From Macrostomum lignano (lineage: Eukaryota), in contig NIVC01000337.1 in NCBI GenBank assembly GCA_002269645.1, positions 310,001 through 374,000 of the forward strand: DNA of 64,000 bases. The letters run 5' to 3'. The translations under genes were made by a program, and so were the position numbers. The notes beneath the pieces were generated by a model, which did not search any database, was not told the origin of the DNA, and saw nothing but the letters and a program-made list of their open reading frames with translations. Shown one piece after another: positions 47,437-61,650 of the stretch; the stretch's first letter is position 1; every line of letters begins with the position of its first letter.

Positions 47437-50285
47437 CTAAGACCTTGATGCCATAACGGTAGTAGCAGGGTTATTGGTGTAGAACTGGATGTTGTTCTCT
47501 GCCTCGGGCCTCGCGTACACTGCGTACAGCTTCGGAGCGAACAGGATCGACAGCAGCAGCGCGTGCGTGAGGCTGGACGAGAACGCAAGCAGCAACATTG
47601 CGGTAGTCAGAGAGCTGGCCGAAAGAGCGGACGGAACGAACGCCGACCACAAGAAGAGGCCGGACACTCCACAAGCCAGGATGCACTTGGTGTCGTGAAA
47701 GTTGTCCGGAAGCGATCGGGTCTTCAGCGACAGGCCGCACGTGACGGTCAGGATCAGCAGGTTGCAGCACAGCGGAGCCCAGAACGCCGTGGTCGCGATC
47801 GCGCAGTTCTTCTCCACGACTGGTCGGACCGAAGGATCGGTCACAAGCTGTTTGAGCTCCGAGCTCAGTGGTCGGAACACGGTCACTCCACTAAGCAGCA
47901 GGCACTGCAATGCCCCGCATGGATGGGTTCTAATCTCATTTGCTGGTGCGTGTCATATGCTCGTAGCTACACATTTGTCCTACAGCATGTCCTGCGTTTG
48001 TCCTACAGCATGTCCTGCATTTGTCCTACAGCATGTCCTGAATTTGTCCTACAGAATATCCTGCATTTGTCTTTAAAGCATGTCCTGAATTTGTCCAACA
48101 GCATGTCCTGAATTTGTCTTTAAAGCATGTCCTGAATTTGTCTTTAAAGCATGTCCTGAATTTGTCCTACAACATCTCATGCATTTGTCCTACAGAATTT
48201 CCTCACCATTCCGAAAATGACTGCGGCCAGCATCATCAGCATCGGCTTCTGTCGCGCGAGCCAAGGTACCGGACGACCCACTCTCGATGCAGAGAAGATC
48301 AGATGGACGCGAAGGGTCTTCACCAACTGACTCGCGTAGCAAGCAGTCAGGCTGAGCTGGAATGCGCAGTTCAAAGCATTGCACATTACGTGCGAGCTGT
48401 CTACAACGAACAGACCGAGACACGCTAGACCGAGAAGGTTCCCACACATGCACGTGACGGACAAGTGTATCGACGAGGCCTTGATGAGCTTGTGGTGTCG
48501 ACGGTTGATGAACAGAGCGAGCACGACGACCAGGAAGATCGTGAGTAGAGCGAGACATGCCAGCAGCACAGGAAACTGCAGTCCGTCTCTCCACGCGTAC
48601 ACCGGTATCGACTCGCAGCTCAGCCGGTCTTGACTGGGCCAGTGAAACTCCGAACACGACAGACACGACTTGCCATCATCGGACACGATCTCCTGTTTGA
48701 AGCACGGCTTGCACGTAAAGCAGCAAGCATCTGTCTCCAACTTGATCTCGCCAGCACTGCACGGAGCACTGCAGAATGACTTTGGCAGTTCCGACTGAGC
48801 TGCATGCCGATCGAAGCTCGAGTTCTGCCACCATCGAATAGGTGTGAGGTCGCTCAACGTAAGACCGGCTGACTCCGTCCACGTTCCGACCTTCACCAGC
48901 TGACCGTCTGGCTGCTCCTGACGAATCTCGTAGGCCGGCGATCCGTCACCGTTCAAGTCGAAGCTCACGTTTCCGGTTCGCATGAAAGGGAAGCTGGAGT
49001 TCGCAAGCAGCTTCATCACCTTCGGGCCTGTGACACATGCACTCACAGCCGTAACATTCGGCCACTTTGTCGCGCAATCGACCAGAGCGACGCTCTCGAT
49101 ACACGAGACCAGAATGTTGATTGAGTCCAGAAGTCTTGCGACAGGAGCCACCTCAGAGTCGATTGATAGACTCGACTTTGAGCCGACTCTGCAACTGCCG
49201 TCAGAGCAGCACAATGCAGCGCTATCCAATGTGCAGTTGAAGAGAAGTCGGAGCAGTTGTTCGCCGAACGGATAGCCGAGGACCTCAGATCCGTTCAGCG
49301 AGTGGTAGAAGTGGATGAGGTCGGGCGTGGCGAACTTTGTAAACGAGGTATAGATGGCACCCGTGGTGAAATGTTTGTAGGCAACGGAATTCGCATCCGT
49401 TGTGATGATAACTCCTTTTCTGCCACTTATCGCTTGGAGTAAGAATTCTGGAATGCTACTAAAGGTATCGAATACAAGAAAGCCACGCAGGTAGGGGTAC
49501 TGACTCATCTGGGTGTCGACATCCTCCTTTGTCAAAAACATGTTGATAGGTAAAGTGAAAGCCACGCACACTGTCTGACCGAATTTGCTACTTTGCTGAA
49601 GCAGTAGACGCGTGTTCTGGAGCAGTCCTCTACCGTACACATCGTCTCTGTGCACGATTCCTACCATGGTCCAGTTGAAGTACTGCACGAGGTCTACGAC
49701 TGCCTTGGCCTGGTAGCTGTCGGGAGCTACTTGACGGAATACGTTGGGGTAGAGCGTCTTGTCCGACAGAGCATCGCTGCTGCACTCGTTTCCGACCTGC
49801 GGCATGGAGTAGAGAGACAGCTGACGGGACACCAGCTGCGTCTCGCTGCTACGCCAGCCCGACACGACGGCATGAACGAAGTAGAACTTTTCTCCGAGGC
49901 TGGACACTACCTGGTCGCAGAATCCGGCAGCCGCATCAAGGCCGGTCGGGTGTGTCCATGCCGGCCTAATCCGCTTCAGCATGTCCACCAGACGACGGTC
50001 CAGGTAGCACGGATCAAGATGGAGCAGACCGAGGCGGAGATTGCGACTGATCCATTTTGCATTGATGTGTTTAGCAGCGTAGTGCGGTGCCAGATTGCGT
50101 AGAAAGATAGATTCTGTGAGCTTCGCTCCAGGTGTGTCGCAGTAGAACTGTGTGCTCTCTAATACGGCTAAATTAATTATTCCGCTTGCGATGCACAGTT
50201 GCTGTCCGGGAAGGTACGTGACAGTTTGAGATGCAAGTCCAAGAACTAGAGTATAAGCAATTGCAGCTGCTGTCAGTGAAGTCAT
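47437..50285 (-). CDS. Class C GPCR, copy B, 848 aa
   Basis: Exons 50285-48207 and 47904-47437; same architecture as copy A. Confidence 0.95.
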
Positions 50286-51113
50286 ACTTACTGTCTCTGC
50301 TACGAAGGGCGGATACTTAGCAGGATTTTTCTTATGACTTAAGTATCAAATCGGGAAGCCACGCCCATGCCCTCGGCAACCAATGAAGCGTGAGGCCTTA
50401 ATCAGTGCAATCGATTGGCAACGTTTGGTTTCAATTTCTTCCGTCGTGCAAGCTCGATCTGCACAAGGAATTTCAGAGCAATTAAAATTTAAACTCATGG
50501 ATTTTCGATAAAAGCCTTTAAGACTAGATTGATCGCAGCAGAGTATATTGATCGATGAGAATTATTGACTGTGCTCTCAAAACTCAATTTGTTTCTGCTT
50601 CATGTACGAGCTGGCATTATTGCAAGAAGTGAAATCGAGGAGCATCAAAAGAAGGAAATCGTTGGTAAATGTTTTAAAAACGTTTTTTGTTACATTTTTT
50701 AAAACCCACAGGGATCAGCTTTTCAGCTACCTTTGATAAACGAAAAGAGTTGATAATTTTTCTCGTATTTTTTCTAGTCAGTCAATGTTTACGAAATCGA
50801 TTCAGTGAGTTAAACCGACATATTCACAGGCCATTTGCTGTTGTCAACCCGAGGTTCTCGAGGTCAATGACATTTAAGAAATCATTGACTGTCGCTCAGC
50901 TCAGCTCAAGGTGACAAGGTGATAAGATAACACGATTGGCTCTGTCACTCTGACACGCAACTGATAACGACTGATTTCAACGTAAAATGCACCGCTATTG
51001 TTCTCACTTGGGAGTTCATGGTTGACAATATTTTGTTGAACCCTTTTTAATATGAGACGCTATGCCAGCCTTTAAGTACACGCTCTTCAGACAGTTCACG
51101 CATTCCACGATGC

Positions 51114-51410
51114 AATAATAATAATAATAAATAATTGGTTACACCTGCTCCAAAGGGCAGATGTGCAACCGACAGCTCAGCCGCAGCTGAAGGCTGCTTA
51201 CGGCTGTTCAGTTTAGGAATTGGGGGTCGCCACACACACCCTAAACTACCCCAGCGAGTTCTGGTGCCCATTTTACAGCTGGGTGAACTGAAGCAATACA
51301 GAGTTCAGCGTCTTGCTCAAGGACACAAATTTTTCCGAGTGGGTCGAGAATCGAACCCCCGACCTTTCAGTCGTGAGTCCAACGCTCCAAAAACTAGACT
51401 AAAACCCCTC
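51114..51410 (-). mobile_element. tRNA-derived SINE with a Deu/Nin-type central domain and (TTA)n tail
   Basis: On the minus strand: A-box TAGTCTAG, B-box GGTTCGATTCT, then TGTGTCCTTGAGCAAGAC...CCCAGCTGTAAAATGGG; AAT repeat tail at 51114-51135. Confidence 0.85.
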
Positions 51411-52379
51411 ACTAGGCTACAACCCCGATGTAACTGTAGAAATTTTTTGTGAACATGCGCTTGGGCTAAATTAACAAACAATTAAAATTAAGACTCCCAG
51501 TTCTCATCGACTATTTGAATACGGTTTAGCTTTGAATTTTATAGAACAAAAAATTGTTATTAATAGTAATTTATACTTAATTTTTGCTTTTTCGACCACT
51601 AATTTCACTCTCTCTGACTAGAGGCTGTGGAGATATCAGGAGCTTCCTTCGCCAGGCAGTATAGCCCAGGGTTTTACCGAGAGCTGCATGATTTTATCAC
51701 GACTCTACAAGCTGACTAAATCCATGTTGTAACAGCTGATTCAATTTTCGAGTTCACACGAGAAGAAAATGTAGCTGGCGTGGCTTGTACACGTATGCTG
51801 GGGTCGAATTTTAGGGAATTTTATACAGGATAATCTACTGTAAAATTGGGAGTTGCCCTCAAAGATGTCAAGAGGCAGACGGACATAAAAGAAGGGGGTT
51901 CCGAACGGGTGACTACTGACAGACGGGTGAAGGACAGCGTCTGCAACCTTTGACCGCCAAGCAGGAAATATCGAGTGCCTTCCTTGAACCTCGAGAGCCA
52001 ATTCAATCAATTTTAGCGTTGAGACAGTTTCAGTGGCTTTGTCGCCAAATTGAGACATTGAGAGTAACTATTCATTCCAAGATGACTGAGCAGATATCAG
52101 CAAGTACAAGATAATTTTTCAATGCAATCGATTAGTCTGATGGAGCCATCAACTCTTAAAATCTATAAAGATATCTTCCTGGCAACGACAAACATTATCA
52201 TTATTTCTTTGCGTGTCAATGTCTTTTTGACCATGCGCCTAATTTACTTCAGTACCTCCTCAAGCTCTGAAGTTTGAGCCCTTTTCTTGGGGACGATAGA
52301 TTTTGATAACTCCATTGCCCTACTTAATTACTTAACTCGTAGGTACTACTTAATTACTACTGACGAAGGGCACAGGCAC

Positions 52380-54790
52380 CAATCGCAACCCCAAGCTAAC
52401 ACAGAATTAAAGACGCTAGCCTCGGGCTGCGCCCACCCGGCGTCTGTAATCTTCATCCGGCCGGTGTCCCGGACGAATGCGCACAGGTCACGGATCCGGT
52501 CCAGGCTGTCCAGGGTGGTCAGCTCGTCCAGCCTTAGCGGGCATTCGAGATGGTGTCTCCGCGCTTCGTTGAAGTGCGGGCAGAAGGTGACGTGGTGCGC
52601 GGCAGTTCTGGGTTAAATGGGAGAGCAGTTTTTTCTCTTTTCTTAAATATGTCTCTGGAAGAAGCCAAGGTCAGTGATGGCCATGGACATCTTCCTGAGG
52701 TCAGTTTACTCTAGGAGATTAGGTGTTTATGGCAGGCATTGCCGTTCGTGTTTGCCATTATTCCGAGCAGTGCAGCTGGTGTTGATGTCCTAAAAATTTG
52801 TGAGTGGCGCAGTTGACGGATTATTTCGGGGCAGGCAGCTTGATCGACGGGTGCGCTCTACCCGGGATGCTGCCTCGTTTGGCGAGTTGATCCAACAGCT
52901 CACTGCCAAGGATGTTGTTGTGGCCTGGTTTCCAGAGCACGTTGATCTTTTTAAGGATCGCTAGCTTTAGCTTTGTACAGCTGCTTTTAACATTGATTTA
53001 TGGCCATGACTTCGGATTGAAAAACCGAGATGAAGGCTCTCTTGCAGGATCGCCTCACCCTTATGGAAAACGGCGATGCCCGCACCGGCCATGCTATCGC
53101 ACAGGATCCGTCAGTGAATCAGTGGGTGCCCTGACTTCTCCCGGTTAACGCCCACATCCAGTGGGTGGCTACCTCGCGGCGGGATGGTGTACCTGAGTCT
53201 TTTCCTGGGATGAGCGAGGGGTTTACAGACCCACCTACAGTACGTACAGGTTGAGGTGGATGTGTTGAAGATCGCAACGGATATAATCCAGGTGGGGAAT
53301 AAGCGTCCTCTCAGGGATAAAGCCGAGGGGAGTTAGAGAGTTAGTAATGGCTTTATCACAGATTAAGCGCGTGGCACCTCTTATCGCCTCAGCTCGGATA
53401 ACCAGGTGCAGCGGAATTGTTACGTTTGTGGAAGAATTTGAAGACGAAGACTTAGGAAGATTTGAATTGTAGTATTTTATTTGCTGCAGCGGCTCGTAGC
53501 GCTTGTATTCCTTTTAATAAAGAAGCTATCGAATCTTAAAACAAAAGAAAGATACAGTTGCATTGAGTCCCTAGGAACCATAGACTAATAAATAAGCTTA
53601 GAAATATAAAGAAGATGTCAGCAGATCAAATATGCAACAGGAGGCATGTTGAGGATGGTGTTGAGCCCCTCGTATGGGGTAGATGAGTTCGCATGATGGC
53701 TCCGCGAGAGTGCATCCCTAGATTTTGTTTCCATGACTAGGGAGATGCCCCTAGCATTGATGGTAAGGTTCCACATGCTCCACTTCCGCTTCGTGGTGAA
53801 GATAATGGCCACAGTCGTGGCGGTGCTAATATAGCTTTTTGCAAGCCATTTGATACTACGAGCAAGCAATTTAATAATCAGTGGCTCAAAGATGCCGAGC
53901 TGCTCATTGTCCTAGAGGAAGTCGTCCATGTGGGTGACGGTGCCTTCCATCTGGGCGTCAGTCAGTGTCCCGCTGGCCGCGCGTACACAAATCTTATCTA
54001 GAGGCTCAGCCGCGACCTTGGCGTAAGAGCTGGCCGTCTCTCTACCCACGGAGCGCTTCGGATCCAGAGGGGCAATGATACGGTCTTCCAGCTTCTGGGC
54101 AGTGCTGGGGGCCGTGCTGGCCGCGCCATCGCGCTGCGTGATGGCATCGCCACCTAGGTCTCCACTGGTGGGAATAGAAGTTTCCCTGCTTGGGGTAGCA
54201 TCCGCGCGAGGTACGTGGAGAGAATAGCCTCCTAGTTGGAGGTTTGGTGGATTTTTGAACCCCCCTCCCGACCGCAGGAGCATGTAATTCAAAATCCACA
54301 AAAATGGCTGAAATGGGGAAGAGAAGATTGTTAGAAATTAATAAAAAACAGTTCGGCGCCTGGATATACCCCCAGTCAGCCAGAGGCTAACACCTGCGAA
54401 CTCCGACGAACTCCGACGAACAGAAGGAAGGCTTTGGGTCACCGTCTTTAACCAGGGTTTCCTTCCTGACCAAGCTCCGGAAGGCGCCTGGTCCACACTC
54501 TACAAGATGAGGGGCGGGTCGGGTGCAGGGTCGGGTTCACAATGCCAGGTCGGGTTGACTGTCAGCACTGCTTCCCCTCTTCCACAGGTCCGGCACTTGT
54601 GAACCCTTTCACTATTCACCTTGCAGCCTACCCCAAGAATAGGCAGCGGGGGGGGACCCCGTCGCCCACCAGTAGAGCGAAAGGAAGGCGAGCTCGCCTT
54701 CGGAAAAGGCGAAAAGCTGGCAGATGTTACAGAGTCCCTCAATTTGCAGGCGCCCTTAGCTCTCTTCATTACCCTAAGAGGTACTTTTGT
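52380..54790 (-). mobile_element. Degenerate, internally deleted RNase H-bearing LINE
   Basis: Minus strand carries an ORF1-like segment with SYAKVAA (54300-53620), RNase H motifs FTDGS..AGAGIA (~53110) and INVLWKPGHNNILGSELLDQLAKRG (~52900), and terminal [16 protein letters not shown] (~52600). Confidence 0.8.
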
Positions 54791-56375
54791 ACTTTGAAGT
54801 TGGATTCACAAAGGAAGATTTATCTCGTTCTTCTCTGTGTTAAAACTCGCCATAACTTTCGGCTTAAAATACGCAGAAAACCGTTGCTCAAACGTATTTT
54901 GCTTAAGGAATAGCATGAAACATTGTACGGGCTAATATGGTAGCTCCTAGTTTTGATCCATCATAAACATCGCAATTTGATCCTATTCGGAGTGTCATAT
55001 ATGTGAGATTATGGCTTAACAACTTCAACTAACAACCCATCTTGTCGTGAATGTGGATGCATTGACCTACTCGTAGTACTCGTAGATTTGAAATGCATCT
55101 TTAATCGCAAATACACATGGGAATTGCGACAGCTTAGCTCCTGGTTTAAATCCTGCAGCGCCCATGACGATCAATTTCAAGCTTTTCCTGCTCGTCGAGG
55201 TTTTATCACAGGCTTGAGTAGTTTAAGCTTAACTAACTCAAATTTCTGGGCGCAACTGATAGATTTCTTGCTGCTTCACTTCATACGTGTATCAAGAAAT
55301 TCAATCTGATAAATGGCTTGCAATAAGCAACCGTTAAAAGGTGGCGCTACGAGCGCTCACCACTGCACATTGCACAAGCATGGACTATACTGAGGGAAGG
55401 ACAATGTCAATATTTTAATAACTCATTCAGTGGTTATTCTCTCTCCCTTTAGTCGCTATTCTCGCTAAATTTCTGTCAACTTTTAATGTCAATTGTGCAA
55501 AAATGTGTTCGCAATACACATAGGAGATCGACTTAATCACGGAAATGCTGCTCAGGAACACCACCTTGAGACAGTGATAGGCCGAAAGGGCTGATTGGAT
55601 CTTCGGATGGTAAGATATTCTACGTTCATAAGTTATAAATCTCATATTGAAACATCAAGAATATTTCCTGCAATATCTGCTGCAGCAATTAACTTTTTTA
55701 CTACATGTCTCTACCGAAGATTGCAGTGACGTGACACCACATAGCAAAATCCAATATCCATCAACTCTCAAACCCGTGATTGCTTAGTAAGGGTGGGGAA
55801 AATCTCTGATCGATAAGGTAAAATGTTACAAAGCATGGATTTAATTTTCGGTTTCGTCCAGACCTAACAGATGTGACTATTCAGCTGGAATATCAGAAAG
55901 GAACGCTCGATAAATGAGAAATGCAAATTCATCTCTCATCTTTCATCAATTCACTCTACGCAGGGAGTAGACAGTCGAATTGCGCTGAAACTTTGCTCAT
56001 TCTGCCTGGAATGCTGAGCCAGATCCGATGTTAGTCGCAAATCTATTATTGCAAGCTGAAACTTGTGAACCAGCGCACGCTGTAGGAACAGCGTTCTGAC
56101 CATTACCGTAATGAAACTGCAGCGAAGCACGCGAATCAATATCCTGATAAAACCGTGCCCACGTTTCAGCTTTATCACAACCCGTTCCCCAATATTCTGG
56201 TCAAAAATCTGATTGGGTCAAAAAAGTTTCGACAGTATGAAGCCGGACAGACATCTCTTTAGGCCAAATATAAAAAACTGCACGACTTTACCGAGAAAAA
56301 TGCATTCTTGACGCCTCGTACAGGCCCGTGAAGCAGTTAACCGTCTTGACAAAACGAGTCGAAAGTCCTACTAAC

Positions 56376-59300
56376 ATGGTATCTTGGATAACCAGCCGTA
56401 TCTTTGTATACACGTTTTTATTGAGCACTCTGGCAGCTCCATCGTCTGAACAGCAACTGCAAAAGCAGCAGCTGAGCTGCCATTCAGGCAGCCTGTTCAG
56501 CTTGGCTGTGGTGCAGACCTCCCGATACCAGTGCAACTCGCCAGCGAATGTCCTGACGGAAGTCGAGTTTCTTCGGTCACTAACTCCGATCTATGCATTA
56601 AGGTTGACCAACAAGCGTCTTAAAGGCACTCTGCCGTCAACGCTAGCAGCACATCCTGCCATTGGAATGGTGTTTTTGGATACCTGTCTTGACCAGCAGG
56701 CCACCGTGAGCCTCGCCAAGCACTTACGACCAGCTGGGCTATCAGGAATTTCCTCCGCAAACCTCTGTAACCTGGTTATACCGCTCCTGGGTGCAAACTT
56801 CTACCCGGTGCATGCCGTGGCCGCTGGCTGGTACAGCAGCACCACTCAGCTGGTGTCCACCTTGATTTCTGCGCACAGAATCCCGCAGCTTGCCACAGAG
56901 GCTAGCAGCGATGCCCTGTCAGATAAGGTCGAGTTCCCCAATGTCTACCGGCTGGTTCCACCAGACAGCTACCAGGCAAAAGCTGCTGTCGATCTCATTC
57001 TACGACTCAATTGGACATACATTGGCATACTGTACCGAGATGATGTGTATGGGCGATAGGGGTGTTCGGGTCGGTCATTTTTTCGGGGTTCGGGGTTTAC
57101 CCCGAACCCGGTACCCCTACCCCGAACCCCGAACCCCGTCCCAAACATTTCTTCCAACCCCGAACCCCGAACCCGGTACCAAAACCCGACCCGACCCCGA
57201 ACGTAACCCCGAACATTTTCACGCTTATTTTGGTCAATCATTTTAATAAATTAATACACTTTTTCCACCGATAAAGGTACAATATTAATTTGTATTTCAC
57301 TTCAATTGTAAGCCTTTTGGGCGCGACGTTAGCTCATGAATGACTTGGGACAAACACAGTTTATATTTGTTGGATAAGTGTAAATTATATTGCACAATTC
57401 TTATCCTTCAGCTTCAGGAAATTCAAACTGTAATTGTTAGTTACAATGTTAGTTAATTCGGTCCTTTGTCATTTATTTTCAGTAGATGCTAGATAGTAGA
57501 CTACATACTGGGCTCATAGACAAAGTAAATGAATAATAATAGTAATATTACATCTATGAGTTTATTTAAGCTGCAAAAATAGAGTACAATAAAATTAGAT
57601 TATACCCTGTAGTGCAGATATCAGTAGAGATAGAACTAGAGCGATAAAGAGATAGCACAGATAAAACAATGAAACAATGAAACAGGAGAGTTAATCACAA
57701 ATATATATTTATTTTTACTTTTGACTACAGTTAACAGTAAGTCAGTAGTGGTATAACAGAATTGCTATGTAAAAACTAAAGTGACGTCTTTACATAAAAT
57801 TGTATGCTGATATGAGTAGGTAATCATTGTGATAATTGATTATTGGCGACTGATGCGTGGAGAATAATAGTGTATTTATAAATTTTAAGCTTCCTCATCC
57901 AATCCAGAAGTTCAGACCATGTTACACGTAGCACATGTAAAATTATTACTGAACGAAATTTTTTAAATCATCAACTGCAAGACTGAATGGGTCGAAAAAC
58001 GACAATCCTTATTTACCAGAAAGTGTAAATGAATCCATGGTTCTATCTGCTATTTCCGTTTCAAATTGTATGTAAAATATAACTTAAGTTGTATCTGAAA
58101 CTCAATGCATATCTTTCGCATTGTGGATTTTGCATAAGGAGTAAAAAGTGCTTGAAAATACTCTTGAGAATGATAATTGTTCAAAACCACGAAAACCCCG
58201 AAAACCCGGTGGCCAAACCCGACCCGAACCCCGAACCCGGTACCCCTACCCCGAACCCCGAACCCGACCCGGAACACCTACCCCGAACCCCGAACCCGGT
58301 ACCAAAACCCGACCCGAAACCCGACCCGACCCCGAACCCCGAACACCCCTAATGGGCGAGGCTTGTTGCAGAGCACACGTCTGCTTCTGCAGTCGGCTCA
58401 GCTCTCTGGAAGTAACAAAAGCGTTTGCATCGCCTTTATGTCAGCCATCAACACTTTCACGCCCGTGTCTGAAGTTTTACAGACGATTCGGGAACGAAAA
58501 CACCTGAAAGCTTTTTTGATTTATGAACTCTTCGAACATCTACCTGAACCAATTCTTACTGAAGTTTTTAACGAGGGAGGAATTATTGTAACCTCAGACA
58601 CAAATACAGTGCCCTACAAAAAGTTCACACAAGGTGCTCTCTACATCTCCTTCCCATCATTTTCCACGCCCGACCTCATCCAGTTCTACCACTCGCTGAA
58701 CGGATCTGAGGTCCTCGGCTATCCGTTCGGCGAACAACTGCTCCGACTTCTCTTCAACTGCACATTGGATAGCGCTGCATTGTGCTGCTCTGACGGCAGT
58801 TGTAGAATCGGCTCAAAGTCGAGTCTATCAATCGACTCTGAGGTTGCTCCTGTCGCAAGACTTCTGGACTCAATCAATATTCTGGTCTCGTGTATCGAGC
58901 GTATCGCTCTGGTTGATTGCGCGACAAAGTGGCCGAATGTTACGGCTGTGAGTGCATGTGTCACAGGTCCGAAGGTGATGAAGCTGCTTGCGAACTCCAG
59001 ATTCCCTTTCTTGAGAACCGGAAACGTGAGCTTCGACTTGAACGGTGACGGATCGCCGGCCTACGAGATTCGTCAGGAGCAGCCAGACGGTCAGCTGGTG
59101 AAGGTCGGAACGTGGACGGAGTCAGCCGGTCTTACGTTGAGCGACCTCACACCTATTCGATGGTGGCAGAACTCGAGCTTCGATCGGCATGCAGCTCAGT
59201 CGGAACTGCCAAAGTCATTCTGCAGTGCTCCGTGCAGTGCTGGCGAGATCAAGTTGGAGACAGATGCTTGCTGCTTTACGTGCAAGCCGTGCTTCAAACA

Positions 59301-60607
59301 GGAGATCGTGTCCGATGATGGCAAGTCGTGTCTGTCGTGTTCGGAGTTTCACTGGCCCAGTCAAGACCGGCTGAGCTGCGAGTCGATACCGGTGTACGCG
59401 TGGAGAGACGGACTGCAGTTTCCTGTGCTGCTGGCATGTCTCGCTCTACTCACGATCTTCCTGGTCGTCGTGCTCGCTCTGTTCATCAACCGTCGACACC
59501 ACAAGCTCATCAAGGCCTCGTCGATACACTTGTCCGTCACGTGCATGTGTGGGAACCTTCTCGGTCTAGCGTGTCTCGGTCTGTTCGTTGTAGACAGCTC
59601 GCACGTAATGTGCAATGCTTTGAACTGCGCATTCCAGCTCAGCCTGACTGCTTGCTACGCGAGTCAGTTGGTGAAGACCCTTCGCGTCCATCTGATCTTC
59701 TCTGCATCGAGAGTGGGTCGTCCGGTACCTTGGCTCGCGCGACAGAAGCCGATGCTGATGATGCTGGCCGCAGTCATTTTCGGAATGGTGAGGAAATTCT
59801 GTAGGACAAATGCATGAGATGCTGTAGGACAAATTCAGGACATGCTTTAAAGACAAATGCAGGAAATTCTGTAGGACAAATGTAGGACATACTGTAGGAC
59901 AAATGCAGGACATGTTGTAGGACAAATGCAGGACATGCTGTAGGAAAATTGCAAGACATACTGTAGGACGAATACAGGACATACTGTAGGACAAATGCAG
60001 GACATGTTGTAGGACAAATGCAGGACATGCTGTAGGAAAAATGCAGGACATGCTGTTGGAAAAATGTGTAGCTATGAATATATGACAGGCATCTGAAATG
60101 AGATTAGAACCCATCCATGCGGTGCATTTATTTCAGTGCCTGCTGCTTAGTGGAGTGACCGTGTTCCGACCACTGAGCTCGGAGCTCAAACAGCTTGTGA
60201 CCGATCCTTCGGTCCGACCAGTCGTGGAGAAGAACTGCGCGATCGCGACCACGGCGTTCTGGGCTCCGCTGTGCTGCAACCTGCTGATCCTGACTGTCAC
60301 GTGCGGCCTGTCGCTGAAGACCCGATCGCTTCCAGACAACTTTCACGACACCAAGTGCATCCTGGCTTGTGGAGTGTCCGGCCTCTTCTTGTGGTCGGCG
60401 TTCGTTCCGTCCGCTCTTTCGGCCAGCTCTCTGACTACCGCAATGTTGCTGCTTGCGTTCTCGTCCAGCATCACGCACGCGCTGCTGCTGTCGATCCTGT
60501 TCGCTCCGAAGCTGTACGCAGTGTACGCGAGGCCCGAGGCAGAGAACAACATCCAGTTCTACACCAATAACCCTGCAACCATATCTACTACTCCAACTAT
60601 GCAGTAG
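56376..60607 (+). pseudogene. Class C GPCR, copy C, interrupted in exon 1 by a DNA transposon (otherwise an open 859-aa frame)
   Basis: Segments 56376-57056 and 58360-59787 rejoin as DDVYGR|GLLQ once the insert and one TSD are removed; exon 2 is 60137-60607. The insertion creates TAG at 57057. Confidence 0.9.
57057..58351. mobile_element. 1295-bp non-autonomous hAT-type element inside the GPCR C coding exon
   Basis: 14-bp TIR TAGGGGTGTTCGGG; perfect TSD ATGGGCGA (57049-57056 and 58352-58359); CCCGAAC subterminal arrays; AT-rich core with no transposase. Confidence 0.96.
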
Positions 60608-60939
60608 GAATTTAATGGTAAAGAATTCTTTGGATATGGATAAAAATATGAATGTAAGGAAGCCGGTTTTTTAATTTGGTATTGCACTGTGCATGCAGAG
60701 TCAAGTACTGGTAGCGGAATTGTGTTCTTTTGCTGTTGTGTAATTGACAGTTTAAAAATATCTTTCGCATCCATTGTTTCAGAGTATTAGTGTGTATCAA
60801 TGCAAGTAATTCGTTACGAGAGTTAAATAGGAACGAAATATTTTAAGATTTCTTCTTGGGTCTTTGAGTTTATTTACCATTAGCTCTTTGAGTCCTACAT
60901 GTAAAATATGCTCACTTTTGCTCTAAGAGTTCATGTAAC

Positions 60940-61650
60940 ATCTGCTCTATGAGTCCCATGTAGCGCATGCTCGACAATGGGTCCTATGTACACGTAACAC
61001 TTGCTCTACTATGAGTCCCTTGACTTAGCAACAGGGCTGTCCCGGAGGGGGACACTATGAGTCCCATGTATCACTTGCTCTATGAGTCCCATGTAACACT
61101 GGCTCTACTATGAGTCCCATGTATCACCTGCTCTATGAATCTTATGTAACCCTTTCTCTATGAGTCCCATGTAACAGATGCTCTATGAGTCTCATGTAGC
61201 CCTTTCTCTATGAGTCCTATGTAACACTTGCTCTACTATGAGTCCCACGTAACACTTGCTCTACTATAAGTCCCACGTAACACTTGCTCTACTATGAGTC
61301 CCACGTAACACTTGCTCTACTATGAGTCTAATGTAATACTTGCTCTACTATGAGTCCCATGTATCACCTGCTCTATGAATCTTATGTAACCCTTTCTCTA
61401 TGAGTCCCATGTAACAGATGCTCTATGAGTCTCATGTAGCACTTTCTCTATGAGTCCTATGTAACACTTGCTCTACTATGAGTCCCACGTAACACTTGCT
61501 CTACCATGAGTCTCATGTAATACTTGCTCTACTATGAGTCCCATATATCACCTGCTCTATGAGTCCTATGTAACACTTGCTCTACTATGAATCCCATGTA
61601 ACACTTGCTCCATGAGTCCTATGTAACTATTGCTTTATGAATTATATCTA
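60940..61650. repeat. 25-28-bp minisatellite (ACTATGAGTCCCATGTAACACTTGCTCT) with a ~240-bp higher-order duplication
   Basis: Read directly; the block starting ~61111 recurs at ~61351. Confidence 0.93.

Noticed and set aside
51330-51410. tRNA gene
   Set aside because: The A and B boxes belong to a SINE head followed by a Deu/Nin-type domain; no complete cloverleaf.
58177-58351. N-terminal PNPEP-rich extension of ORF 58177-59817
   Set aside because: It is the subterminal repeat array of the inserted transposon, not GPCR sequence.
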